Shown: positions 22,425 through 35,451 of the stretch, piece by piece
Numbering within the stretch: the stretch's first letter is position 1
How the letters are laid out: every line of letters begins with the position of its first letter
Translations under genes and position numbers: made by a program
The notes under the pieces: model-generated
Seen by the model: the letters and a program-made list of their open reading frames with translations, nothing else
Databases searched by the model: none
Told to the model about the DNA's origin: nothing
From: Eledone cirrhosa
Lineage: Eukaryota
Assembly: GCA_964016885.1 (NCBI GenBank)
Contig: OZ024740.1
Location: forward strand, 19,034,001 to 19,098,000
Direction: 5' to 3'
Length of the DNA: 64,000 bases

Positions 22425-25397
22425 TTTTTCTGTCTGATGCGTGGAACATCGCCGGTAAGATTTTTTGTTAATTTCTATACAAAAAAAACGAACTAATTGT
22501 TTGAAAAAAACATAACATTTTGTAGATTAACCCCCAAGCTGAATTGTCAGCTGGGTGGTAATCCCATTTTTATTTTTAAAATTGTTTTAAAATATCAGAT
22601 TTTACAAGCTAAATAACTTGAGCAACTCAAAAACGCTGGAGAACGTCAATAGAGAAAAGAGAGAGAAAGAGGCAGATATTAAAGTTATATCTGCTTCTGC
22701 TACTATCGACGTCGCCATAGATACGACTGTCAACAAAGAGGAAAAAATATTACCACTTGAAGATTTTAAAATTTCTACCGTCGAAGCGGAGAAAAATAAC
22801 AATAACACACAGGAAAACACAGGAATTAAACGCATTAACATACATACACATGAAAAAGACATCAACTACTCTACAGATACATCTACACATAATGTTTCAC
22901 CTCGACAAGGAACTGAGATTTCCAACACGGTGACTAACAAGGATAACAACAACAACAACAACAACAACAGCAACACCACACAAAAAAAGAAAATGTCTTT
23001 CGCTGAAACAGTGAACAAAAAACAAGATTTTATAAATCTTAATATCTCCAACGCAAGAGATATGCTCCAGCAAGGGAGAACATTTGTAACTTTCGAAGAA
23101 AGAGGTGGGTTTAGAATTAACTCACCCCTTGAAATAAAGGAAGACACAATTCGCAGATCAGTCACCTTTAGTACTGTGTCAAAGTCCACAAGAAAGCCGA
23201 CATTTGTTAGCCAAGCAGATATTGAAGATACTTTCAAGGAAATTCTAGCAAATGTCAATTTTCTCCAGCGAGGAAAATAGTAGGGAAGTGTTTCCGTACT
23301 ATTTAAAAGCGAGGCACTCGCCCAAAAAATTCTGTGACACCAATGGTGTCAAAAGCATACACCTTTTTCCCTACAGTGTTAGCGTCGAGAACGGCACTGG
23401 GCCAGTTCTTCGATGCGAAACACGATGGCTGCGTGGTCAGAAGCAAAACACGTGCTCTAGGAAACGAAGGAGCGAAAGCTCTCAGCTGGGCCCGAGTGGC
23501 GGAGGCAAAAAGTGGCAACAAGTCCACGATTCGGTCTTTGAAAGACCAAAACGGACGCGTGATAATTGACCCCAAGCAAATGTGCGCAGCCTTTCAGCGA
23601 CACTTTGCGCGACTGTTTGATCAGAACGACGGTGAGCCGAACGGGGCAATGGACTTTAGTTCATACATCGACGGCCTGCCGCGTCTCTCGAACACGGACG
23701 CCGAGTTCTGCGAAAGACCGATCACGGACACTGAGATACGGGACGCTCTGGGCAGCTGCGGGAAACGCAAGTCACCCGGTCTAGATGGTCTATCCTACGA
23801 GTTTTACATAAGCATGCCAGACTTGTTCTCTGGCGTCCTCGAAGCCGTCTACTGCAATTGGCAGAAGAACGGGAGAATTCCCAGTTCTGCAGGCAAGGGC
23901 GTAGTAACGCTGATGAGGAAAGACGAGAACAAGGGGGACGAATTTAACAACTTCAGGCCCATAACTCTGCTCAACACAGAGTTAAAGATTTTGGCCAAGG
24001 TGCTAGCGACGAGGTTGGCGCTTGTCGTCGAGAACCTGGTAAGGAAAGCGCAAACGTGTGCAATCCCGACCAGGTACATACACGACAACCTCCACCTCAT
24101 GCGATACATCATAGAGAGGATGGGTAGTAAACCCGGCTTCGGTGGGGCTCTGATCAACTTGGATCAGTCTAAGGCATTCGATAGGGTCGACCATCGATAC
24201 TTTGAAGCGGTTCTCAAGGCGGCCCGTTTCAGTCCCGTGTTCAGAGGATGGATCGAGGCGATGCATGCCAGCATCTGCTCGATGGTCAAGGTGAACGGCT
24301 ACCTATCGGAGCCGTTCGCAATCACGCGTTCCATTCGACAGGGGTGCCCTCTCTCCTCCATTCTGTATGTATTGACTCTAGAGCCACTACTGCGGAAATT
24401 GGAGCTGTTGCAGGGCATCCCTCTAGAACCGGGACTGCGCAAAGCGGCGTCGGCTCGTGCCGACGACGTGACAGTAATGGTGTCGAGCACCTCGGAAATC
24501 GGGTTGATCGGCAACTTACTGAAAGAATACGAAACGCTGACGGGAGCAAAACTAAACCCGGACAAATCTGTCGGTTTGCAACTCGGTACTAGGAGAGGCA
24601 AACAGATAACGTCCGACAGTGTCGTTGGACGCTGGACGGACGGACCGGTGAAATTGTTCGAGGTTTGGTTCGGTCCAGACCTCCAGGTGGAGAAAAACTG
24701 GAACGAGGTCACGGCCAAGGTGTTTGCGCTCACCCAGAAGTGGGCAGAGTGCAAACTCTCCTTGAAAGGTCGAGTGGAGGTGGCGAACACTTTCATAGCG
24801 TCCGTCATCTACTACCGCTTGACTGTCGTGCCTTGTCCCCGTGAACACCTCGCTAAGATGAAACGCATGCTCTTCCACTTTCTGTGGAAGAAGCAGGCTC
24901 CGCTGTTGAGGAGATCCGTCTGCTGTCAGCACCCTTCCAACGGAGGGCTGGGAATGCCGTGGCTGATGATGCGCAAACATGCGCTGAGGCTGCGGCATCT
25001 CCAGGTATTCCTCACCGACCCCCAACCGGTGTGGACACCGTTTGTGAGACAGGCTTTCCCACAGCTCGTCTCGCTGACGGAGCTGCAGTCCTGGGTGAAG
25101 AAAAGACCGAAAACGATGGGCGCCTAGCACATTGAATGCGCTCAGGCGCTCACAGTCCTCTGGCAAGCGGGCGCAGCAATCAGCGGAGACTCCACTTCGA
25201 CATTCTATGGAGGGGCTGTACGTTACAAGGGCGACGACGTGCTCGGAGAGACTCTAGGCGTCGAAGACGACGAACTCACCAGTCTGTTTCGTAGGACTTT
25301 CCGCCCGGGACCCATGGACAACTTCCAGAGGTCCCTGGCCTGGCAGTGCTACCGAGGAGCTCTACCAGTTCGTGACAAGATCTACAGGCACGGACGT
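22425..25397 (+). mobile_element. Tx1-clade LINE: 5' UTR and partial ORF1 fused to the RT region, 3'-truncated (copy l)
   Basis: ORF1-like sequence (SFAETV...FLQRGK) joins the ORF2 linker at about 23376. RT carries RADD in place of YADD. Ends in poly-G/GGT. Confidence 0.88.
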
Positions 25398-25680
25398 GGG
25401 GGGGGGGGGGTATTGATGGCGGTGGTGTTGATGTTGGTGTTGGTGCTGATGGTGATAGTGGGTGTTGGTGGTTGTGTTATTGTTGGTGTTGTTGTTGGTG
25501 GTGGTGTTGTTGTTGGTAGTGGTGGTGGTGGTGGTGGTGGTGGTGGTGGTAGTGGTTGTGATGATATTACCGTTGATGATTATGCTGATGATGAGGACGA
25601 GAAGGATGATGCCACCGCCGCCGATGATGTTAATGGCGGAGAAGACGTTGATGATGATGGTGGTGATGATGATGATTATA
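25398..25680. repeat. (GGT)/(GAT)-rich low-complexity tract
   Basis: Directly visible. Confidence 0.85.
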
Positions 25681-25808
25681 ACAGGGAAAGGGGGAAAGTC
25701 GATTATATCAACCCCAGTATTTTACTGGTACTTTGTTACATCGACCATAACTAAATGCCGAAAAGCATTTTGTCAAACATTCTACTGATCATGATCGTCC
25801 ATAATAAT

Positions 25809-25993
25809 TATTTCTACTTTTGGCACAAGGCCAGCAATTACCCCAGTAAGTTACTGGTACTTTATTTTATCGACCCCGTAAGGATGAAAGGTAAAGTCAA
25901 CCTCGGCGGGATTTGAACTCAGACCGTAAAGAGACGTAACTCTGATAGAAAGCATGGCGTCCAACCCTCTACCTATACTGCCAATTTACCGCC
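25809..25993 (-). mobile_element. tRNA-derived SINE with a 17-bp target-site duplication
   Basis: On the - strand: A-box-like TGGCAGTATAGG, B-box GTTCAAATCC, 3' end TGGCCTTGTGCCAAAAGTAGAAA. tgatcgtcca(t/c)aataat is duplicated at 25792-25808 and 25996-26012. Confidence 0.88.
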
Positions 25994-26012
25994 ATTGATC
26001 GTCCACAATAAT

Positions 26013-26415
26013 GGTTTCTACTATAGGGACAAGTCCAACATTTTCGGGGGAAGGGAAAGTCGATTAAATCAACACCAGTGAATTACTGGTACTTTATTTT
26101 ATCGACCCCGTAGTGATGAAAGGCAAAGCTAACCACAGCGGGATTTGAACTCAGACCATAAATTGCCGTAATTATTTGCCGTAAAGCATATTTTCCGAGG
26201 CTCTACCCATAACAATAAGTTTCTGATTTAGGCACAAGGCCAGCAATTTGGGGGAGGAGATTAGATTGACACCAGTGTGTGAAAGGTACTTTATTTTATC
26301 GATCCCCCAAGGATGAAAGGCAAAGCTAACCTCGGTGAGATTTGAACTCAGAATGCAAGGGGCCGTAACTCTATTCTTCACAGCATGTCGCCCGACGCTC
26401 TACCGATGCTGGCAA
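26013..26415 (-). mobile_element. Two further head-to-tail copies of the SINE
   Basis: The core atcga.ccc...gatgaaaggcaaag...atttgaactcag recurs at about 26100 and 26300. 3' ends lie near 26013 and 26218. Confidence 0.85.
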
Positions 26416-26459
26416 AATAGAAATAACTAATAATGATTCGGGTGGTGATATATTTTCAG

Positions 26460-26633
26460 AGTATTCGTCAGAAGAAGATTGAGGACTTCCAACAGAAACA
26501 AAAGGTGGAAGAGGAGGAGAAGAAAGTAAAAGACATTGAATGGGCGAAGTACCAAGCTGAAGTACGCAAGAACGCCATTGAAGAGGCTAAGAAAAAATTG
26601 TATTTCCAGACAGAACGTATCACGAGTATCCAT
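26460..26633 (+). CDS. CFAP210: Next coding exon (174 bp) of the CFAP210-like gene
   Basis: Acceptor tattttcAG ends at 26459, donor GTaagt starts at 26634, phase 0/0. Encodes SIRQKKIEDF...YQAEVRKNAIEEAKKKLYFQTERITSIH, matching the recalled 'RKKAIENAK..FYQTERV..FH' motif and continuing the previous exon in frame. Confidence 0.82.
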
Positions 26634-26670
26634 GTAAGTAGCTGAATTCTGTGAGGTTTGTTGGCAGGGC

Positions 26671-27295
26671 CATCATCATCATCATCATCATTTTACGTCC
26701 GCTTTTCCCAGCTTGCAAGGGTGGGACAGGTCCTATTCAGCACAGCATCTCTTCATTCATCACGGTCCTTCGTCATCTCCTCCGTGAGTTTCAGCAATCT
26801 GAGGTCAGCTCTCACCACCTCCGCCCATGTTTTTCGTGGTCTACCTCTGCTGCATCTTCCTTCCACTGGGACTTCCTGGTACTTCTTCACCCAGCGGTCA
26901 TCCTCCATACACATCACATGTCCATACCATCTCAGCCTTCTCTCCTGCACACCACAACTTATCCCTTTTATACCCAGTTTCTTTCTCAATTCATCTATGT
27001 TTGGTCGTTCACACACATTGACATTGCACATCCAACGGAGCATGTTTCCTTCATTTCTCTCCAGCCGTCGTATATCCTCTGTAGTTGCTGCTCATGTCTC
27101 ACTACAATGCAGCATCGCGCATCTCATACAGGCATCATATAACCGTCCTTTAATACGCAGGGAGAAACCCTTCTTTGTCAACAGAGGAAGCAGCTCCCTA
27201 AACTTCTTCCAGCCTGTCCTTATTCTAGATACTATGGCCTCGGACCCCCCCCCCCCCTGCTAATCTGATCACCTATGTACCGGAAGCTATCAACC
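26671..27295 (-). mobile_element. RTE-clade LINE 3' fragment with (ATG)n tail
   Basis: MLRWMC...RRLRWYGHV...GRPRKTW; same family as 16864-17165. Confidence 0.88.
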
Positions 27296-27799
27296 AGTGC
27301 AACAATCATTAGGTACGAATATAAAGGTTTGTTTTAGACTTTCTATTGATGAGTCTATTAGTTGTAGTGTAGCGCCTTGTGTCCTTGAGTAAGGCAATTC
27401 GTTCCACGTGACTCTTGTCTATTCAGTTGAAAATAAGTACATGCAGCAGCAAGGCGTTAACCTTGCAACGAACTGACGTCTTACTCGCTCAGATGCTGAG
27501 CTCCACATAAAACTGGCATAAGTTTGATGTTTGATATAGTAGAAAAAGAATCTTAACGATTCAGACGTTAGTCTTTCATTGAAGAAAAAATAGAAAGAAA
27601 AAAACATGAAAAAATGTTCAGGAAGAAAGCAAGTATGTAGTTTGCCATTTTGGAAGAATGGGTTTCAGAATGTGACTCGTATATTAGAGAGCTACATGAG
27701 GGGAGATAAGCATCAAGGAGGTAGAATAAGTGTGTGTGTATGTGTTTACTTGCGAATATCTGTGAGCGTATCAAGATCCGTTATTTCTGAGCGGGGTCT

Positions 27800-27965
27800 T
27801 GATTGGCAAAGGGATTTAAAGGGGAGTTGGAATAAATGCTGTAAAATAAGGCATTGATTGGGGCGATTGAAAAAACAGTAACGACCGATGAGGTCTCGTT
27901 GTCAATGCGTATATCCCTCAGGTGCTCTGTAAATCTCCTCCACAAGATGACTGAATGAACACTCA
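27800..27965 (-). mobile_element. Possible Penelope-like GIY-YIG endonuclease remnant
   Basis: RRFTEHLRDIR resembles the 'RF.EH' motif of Penelope endonucleases. Short and degenerate. Confidence 0.45.
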
Positions 27966-28208
27966 ATACTGATGGATAGAGAATAGAAATTAATTTTCTA
28001 AGAAGAAAAGTGATACTGAAATCTAAGTTTTAGTTTGATCGCTGTCATTGACATTTACACTTTATTAACTCTTTAGCATTTAAACCGGCCATATCCGGCC
28101 AGAATTCTCTCACTTCTTTCTCTTCAAACCAGCCATAACTGACTCCTCATATTTATGTTAAGGTATTGTTCTAGGAATAAATAATATTAAAATCTCATAG
28201 ATTCGATA

Positions 28209-28486
28209 TTATGTGAAATTATATGTGAGGTAAAACCTTTACCGTGAAAATACAATAGTAGATATAGAGTAATGTAAATGTTATGTGAGATAGTATGTGA
28301 GGTAAAGCCTTTACTGTGACAATACAATAGTATATATAGAGTAATGTAAATGTTATGTGAGATTTATGTGAGGTAAAGACTTTACTGTGAAAATACGATA
28401 GTATATATAGAGTAATGTAAATGTTATGTGAGATTTATGTGAGGTAAAGACTTTACTGTGAAAATACAATAGTATATATAGAGTGA
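28209..28486. repeat. 72-bp AT-rich minisatellite, left part (about 4 units)
   Basis: Same unit as 33978-35385. Confidence 0.9.
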
Positions 28487-31400
28487 TTTCTTTATTTGCC
28501 ACTAGGGCACAAAAGGTAGGGACAGATACAAGGGGGGAAGTTTACATATAATTAACGAGTAAAAAAATATAACAATGAAATAACAACAACAAACGAAGTC
28601 CTCAATAGGGAGGGGGCATTAACATGGGTCGCACACACCCCGGAAAAAATGTGCGACCCTTCTCCTCAGGAGCACAAAGAGTAGGTGCTTCCCTCGTCTC
28701 CTCTTTTTCCTCTTCTTTTACCTACAGGCTGATATAGAGAGAAGACCCATTCACTCTGGCCATTCTCCCTACTTTCACCCACCTTTCATAAAACTTGCTG
28801 GGGTAGAGCACCTCTCTCTCCATTCTGATCCTTCTTTTAAAATGGTATTTGAAAAAGGGTATCAGTTGTTGGCCGGAATGAAAGGTGTCTGACCTCAGCC
28901 CTTTCAGCCTCGTCCACCATACAACTTCTTTAGCCATGGCTATCACACAGAGAAAAACCGCCTCTCCTTCGTTTTTGAAAGAGGGAGGCGGTTTGATCGT
29001 GACAATGGACTCGGTGGTCAACCGAATTGGTGCCACCCTCGACAGTAGTCGTTCCACATAGCCCCACAGGTCAGCAATGCCTGGGCAGTGTACGAATGCG
29101 TGCGCAACGGTTTCGTCGTCATGCACGCATCTCGGACAGATCTTATTCAAAGGATCCCTACCCAGGCTTCCATGCCTGTGGAGCTTGTCTCGAACGGGTA
29201 GAGCCCCTCGGTAGCACTGCCAAGCCAGGGACTTTTGGAAGTTGTCCATCGGTCCAGGGCCAAACGTCCTACCGAACAGACTGGCCAGTTCATCTTCCTC
29301 CATGCCTAGAGCTTCTCCGAGAGCATCGTCGCACCTGCTGCGTACCAACCCTCTATAGAATGTCGAGGTGGAGTCTCCACTGATTGCCGGGTCCGCTTTC
29401 CAGAGGGCCGTGAGCGCCTGGGCACATTCAATGTGCCAGTCGCCCACTTTTCTCGGTCTTTGCTTGACCCAGGATTGCAGCTCGGTGAGCGAGACGAGTC
29501 TGGGAAAGGCTCGCCTCACAAACGGGGCCCACACCGGTTGACCGGTGAGGAATACCTGGAGGTGCCGTAGCCTTAATGCGTGTTTACGCATCTGTAGCCA
29601 CGGCATCCCCAGCCCTCCTTTCGAAGGGTGTTGACAGCAGATGGATCTCCTCACCAAAGGGGTCCGCTTGTTCCAAAGAAATTGGAACAGCGCGCACTCC
29701 ATTTTGGCGAGTCTTTTCACTGGGCAAGGCACGACGGTCAAGCGGTAGTAGATGACGGATGCTATATAAGTATTCGCCACCTCCGCTCGACCTTTCAGGG
29801 ATAGTTTGCACTGGGCCCACTTCTGGGTGAGTGCAAACACCCTGGCCGTTACCTCGTTCCAGTTTTTCTCCACCTGGAGGTCTGGTCCGAACCAGACCCC
29901 AAGCAGCTTCACCGGGCCCTCCGTCCAGCGTCCGACGACGTCATTGGAGGGCATCGGTTTGCCTCTCCATGTTCCGAGTTGCAAACGGACGGACTTGTCC
30001 CGGTTCAGCTTGGCTCCTGTAAACCTTTCATATTCCTCCAGTAAGGTGCCGATCTCACCGATTTGCGAGGTTTTCGACACCATTACTGTCACGTCATCGG
30101 CGTAGGCCGACGCCGCTTTCTGCAATCCCGGTTCCAAAGGGATGCCCTGCAACCGTTCCAACTTCCGCAGTAGTGGCTCAAGAGCCAGCACATACAGAAG
30201 GGAGGAGAGAGGGCATCCCTGTCGGATGGATCGCATGATTTGGAGCGGCTCCGAGAGGTGGCCGTTCACCTTGACCCTTGAGCAGACGTTGCTGCTGTGC
30301 ATCGCAGCAATCCAACCCCTGAAAACGGGTCCGAAGCCTGCCGCCGCGAGCACCGCATCCAGGTAACGATGGTCAACCCTATCGAAAGCTTTAGATTGAT
30401 CCAAGTTGATCAGGGCCCCACCAAAGCCGGGTTCATTCCCTACCCTCTCTATGATGTATCGCACAAGGTGGAGATTGTCGTGAATGGACCTGGACGGGAT
30501 TGCGCATGTCTGCGCTTCTCCCACCAGGTTTCCGACGACAAGCGCCAACCTCTTCGCTAACACCTTGGCCAAAATCTTTAACTCTGTATTTAGCAGAGTT
30601 ATGGGCCTGAAGTTACTTATGTCATCCCCCTTGTTCTCATCCTTCCTCACCAGCGTAACTACGCCCTTGGTCACAGAACTGGGAATTCTCCCGTTCTGCT
30701 GCCAGTTGCAGTAGACCGCTTCGAGGATATCGGAGAACAAGTCCGGCATCGCTACATATAGCTCGTATGGTAGACCATCGAGACCCGGGGATTTGCGTTT
30801 GCCGCATTGGCTCAGCGCCGCCCCTATCTCAGCAGCTGAAATCGTCCTTTCGCAGGACTTCGCCTCCACGTCCGAGAGGCGCGGCAGACCGTCGAGGTAT
30901 GGATTTGAAATCCATAGTCTCACCCGGCGCGCCGCCCCTCTCGAACAGTCGTGCAAAGTGCCGCTGAAAGGCCGCACACATCTGCCCAGGCTCAAGGATC
31001 ACACGCCCATCCTGGTCCTTCAAAGACCGAATCGTGGACTTGTTCCCACTTTTTGCCTCTGTCACTCGGGCCCAGCTAACAGCTTTGGCTCCCTCATTAC
31101 CCAGAGCACATATTTTACTCCTGACAACGCAGCCTTCATGCTTCACCTCAAAGAACTGGTCTAAGGCCATTCTTGATGCCAGCACGCCGGCTACATTGCC
31201 ACTCCTAATCGCCTCTTCTACTCTATCTACTAATTCTCTTTCCGTCTTGTTCCTATCCCTTGCTAATTCCTGACTAAAACCTATCGATTCTATTCTAATT
31301 GCTCTCTTAAGAGAGCTCCACCACCTGTTGTTGACAATTGCCCCTGTCAAACTCTGCTTAACTAACGTGCTAATCCGTTTACTGTAAGCTTTGCTTGTCG

Positions 31401-33977
31401 GTAAGGACAAGTTCAGCTTCCAGTAACCGGGTCCCTGTCTAGATGTTCCGCTACGATTGGTCCACGTCCATAGTGGTACAGTCGGAAAATCTAGTCGATA
31501 TCTATCGGCCAGGTCAAATCGGCCGATTAACCTTTTGAGGCTTTTACACCCCCCTCTATTGGCACTTGCCCCTACATAGTCCCAACGTGCATCCAGGATA
31601 CCATTCCAGTCCCCCACTAAAAGCAAGGAGCGGGACGTTCCCAGAAAAGTTTCCAGACGTTGGAAGTATTCCGGCCGCGCTGCCCAAAAAGGGGCGTACA
31701 CAGCAATTAGTCTAAGGGCTCCACTTTCACTACTGCCGACGTCTAAAACCACCAGTCGACCCTCCGGGTCCAGGTGTTTTCGCAGCAGAACGACAACTCC
31801 ACCCCCACCCCCCGGTTGACAGAGAGATGCGAAGATCTCAAAGTCGTTGAAGAGGGGCGCCAGTTGGTGCTCGCTGCTGATCCTGGACTCCCAAATAGCC
31901 ATTACATCCATTCTATGCGACCTGAGATCGTTTAAAAGTTTGCCTTGTTTCCAAGACAGTCCCAGGCCGCGTACATTCAGACACCCAACTCTTATATCAG
32001 CCATGTTGGTTAAAAGAGGAAGGACCTACCTGTTCGGCTCCTGAGGAGAAGGTTGTACAATATCCATGGGCGTATTGGAGGGGTTGTTTGGTGGGGTGTT
32101 GTTCTGTGGTGGAGTGGGGGTGTTTGGTGAGGTGTGGGTGGGGAAACGTTTCAAGAGGACGCGGTTATAGGGTCGAGTACATGTTTTCCCCACGTCCTCA
32201 GGAAAGTTCTCTCTTAGTTTTGCATAGGTGTCCATTGGGAGTCTTATCATTTTTAAATGCGGTTTGTTGGCCGCGCTTGCAAAGAATTGCCCTTCAGTTT
32301 CCACCGAAGGGTCTTTGTGTATTGTTTTTACTAGTTCTTTGTTATTTGTGTTAATGTATGTATACTGTTTTATTTGTGTTGTGTTTGTTTGTTGTTCTTG
32401 TGTGTGCTTACGTTTTGTTGTATGTGTTATGTTTTGGGGTGGGGCGTATTTTGTTTGTTCTGTTTGTTTTGTTTTTGTTGGTGGTTGTGTGTTTGTTTCG
32501 TTTATGTTCGAGTGGTGCTTTCTTTTTTTCCTTTTTACAGGTTGGAAGGGTCCCCCCCTCTTCGTCACTAGGTGCCGTTTCAGCTGGGTCCTCGTCCGTG
32601 CTGTCGGGTAGTGGTGTATTTTGGGGTTTTGTTGTGTTTGTGTGTGTTTTTGGAGTTGTTTTGGGTGGGGCCGTGTCTTGTGTTATTTTTCCGTGTTGTT
32701 TTTGTTGTTGTTGTGGTGGTGGTGGTGGTGGTGGAGGTGGTGGAGGTGGTGGCGGTGGTGGTGTGTGGGGTGTAGGCAAAAGAGCCTTTTTTGTCAATTG
32801 AGGACAGGCAGCCCTTAGATGACCCCTGCTTGAACAGTAGTAACATATGGGCCTCCTACCCTCGGCTGAAATGTATATAAATGTTTCTCCATCGAGGGAC
32901 ACCCTCTGTGGTATTCTAGCTATTCGTTCTGGTCTCATTTGGACCAGAACCTCCACGCTCAAACCGCCGAAAACGTCTGTTGTGACTTCTCCTACTGAGA
33001 GGATTCCGTCCTCGTCTTCTAAAAATCCTGTTAGTACCCAGGAAATGCATGCATTTGGCCGGATTCCGGAGACCCTTATTTTCTGCGTTCTTTTCCCTAA
33101 ATATGTGGGGGAAAATGTGTGTAGCTTGGAAACAATTGGCGCCACAGAGTATTTCCTGGCCGTCAATTGATCCTTCATTAGCACCGTTATATTCCCATAG
33201 AGTGGCCCTTTTTGTATGAACGATATATCACTCCAAACATTTTTTAGGACTAGCTCAATTTCTTTTTGGGATAATTGAGCTGGTTTCCTTGTTATGTTGG
33301 AAACTGTTCTGAAAGATATCGTTCTTAGTGTCGTGTCTCTTTTGATTTCTTGTGGGGAGGTGATTGTGAAGTCTCCTCCTTCTTTGAAAGTTACATACTG
33401 TTTTGCTTCCTTCATCTTTTCTCTCAGAGTTGTAATGTCCAGTTGCTTGCAGGTCTGTGTTCTCCGGACCGCCTGTGCAAAGGAGGCACCAGTAGTGGGT
33501 TCGCTTTGTTTGGTGTTATCGTTATTTTTTCCTTGGTTGGTGTTGTGACTATTGCTGTTATTGTCATTGTTGTTTTTGTCTGCGTTTATGTGACTTTCTG
33601 GGTTTTCACCCATTTTTATAAATTTTTCTTTTAATTCCGTGTTCCATGTTTCTTTTGCAGAAGTGAGGAGGGAAGACTTAGAGCCTTGTGCTTCTAGCTT
33701 CTCTGTATCACCTTTCTTAGGGGGCGTGGCTTTCTCGTTAGGATGAGATGTGAAAATTCCGTCCATTTCTATTAGTTTGCCGTAATAAATTTTTAACTGG
33801 AAAATTCGCCCCAAAAAGGGGCGAAAATAAATAAACTCAAAGTTTGACGACCAAGGCAAGGGGTTAACGTATATTACAGTATAAAAAAAATAATCAAAAC
33901 TCACTTTTGAGTAAGTAAATCCGACTCGGTAGCCGAGCTTGTTCACACACGTCAACACACGTCTCTCGTATACGAGA
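28487..33977 (-). mobile_element. Near full-length Tx1-clade LINE inserted in the 72-bp minisatellite (copy f)
   Basis: ORF1 33766-32026 (CYYCSSRGHLRAAC, one frameshift). ORF2 32004-28722 (APE with small deletions, frameshift near 30900, RT with YADD). 3' AATAAAGAAA. Confidence 0.95.
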
Positions 33978-35385
33978 TGTTATGTGAGATATTATGTGAG
34001 GTAAAGCCTTTACTGTGAAAATACAATAGTATATATAGAGTAATGTAAATGTTATGTGAGATATTATGTGTGGTAAAGCCTTTACTGTGACAATACAATA
34101 GTATATATAGAGTAATGTAAATGTTATGTGAGGTATTATGTGAAGTAAAGCCTTTACTGTGAAAATACAATAGTATATATAGAGTAATGTAAATGTTATG
34201 TGAGATATTATGTGAGGTAAAGCCTTTACTGTGTCAATACAATAGTATATATAGAGTAATGTAAATGTTATGTGAGATGTGAGGTAAAGCCGTTACTGTG
34301 ATAATACAATAGTATATATAGAGTAATGTAAATGTTATGTGAGATAGTATGTGAGGTAAAACCTTTACTGTGAAAATACAATAGTATATATAGAGTAATG
34401 TAAATGGTATGTGAGATATTATGTGAGGTAAAGCCTTTACTGTGAAAATACAATAGTATATATAGAGTAATGTAAATGTTATGTGAGATATTATGTGAGG
34501 TAAAACCTTTACTGTGAACATACAATAGTATATATAGAGTAATGTAAATGGTATGTGAGATATTATGTGAGGTAAAACTTTTACTGTGACAATACAATAG
34601 TATATATAGAGTAATGTAAATGTTATGTGAGATATTATGTGAGGTAAAACCTTTACTGTGACAATACAATAGTATATATAGAGTAAATTAAATGTTATGT
34701 GAGATATTATGTGAGGTAAAGCCTTTACTGTGAAAATACAATAGTATATATAGAGTAATGTAAATGGTATGTGAGATATTATGTGAGGTAAAACCTTTAC
34801 TGTGAAAATACAATAGTATATATAGAGTAAATTAAATGTTATGTGAGATATTATGTGAGGTAAAGCCTTTACTGTGAAAATACAATAGTATATATAGAGT
34901 AATGTAAATGGTATGTGAGATATTATGTGAGGTAAAACCTTTACTGTGAAAATACAATAGTATATATAGAGTAAATTAAATGTTATGTGAGATATTATGT
35001 GAGGTAAAGCCTTTACTGTGAAAATATAATAGTATATATAGAGTAATGTAAATGGTATGTGAGATATTATGTGAGGTAAAACCTTTACTGTGACAATACA
35101 ATAGTATATATAGAGTAAATTAAATGTTATGTGAGATATTATGTGAGGTAAAGCCTTTACTGTGAAAATACAATAGTATATATAGAGTAATGTAAATGTT
35201 ATGTGAGGTATTATGTGAGGTAAAACCTTTACCATGAAAATACAATAGTGTATATAGAGTAGTGTAAATGTTATGTGAGGTAAAATCTTTACTGTGAAAA
35301 TACAATAGTAGATATAGAGTAATGTAAATGTTATGTGAGATATTATGTGAGGTAAAGCCTTTACTGTGAAAATACAATAGTAGAT
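33978..35385. repeat. 72-bp minisatellite, about 19-20 units
   Basis: Unit tatgtgagatattatgtgaggtaaagcctttactgtgaaaatacaatagtatatatagagtaatgtaaatgt, seen as a 24-aa period in the ORF track. Confidence 0.95.
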
Positions 35386-35415
35386 ATGCACACACACGCA
35401 CACACACACATACAC

Positions 35416-35451
<36 letters not shown>

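Noticed and set aside
23334-25127. Functional ORF1-RT fusion protein
   Set aside because: It results from a deletion, the catalytic YADD is mutated to RADD, there are stops upstream and downstream, and the 3' end is lost.
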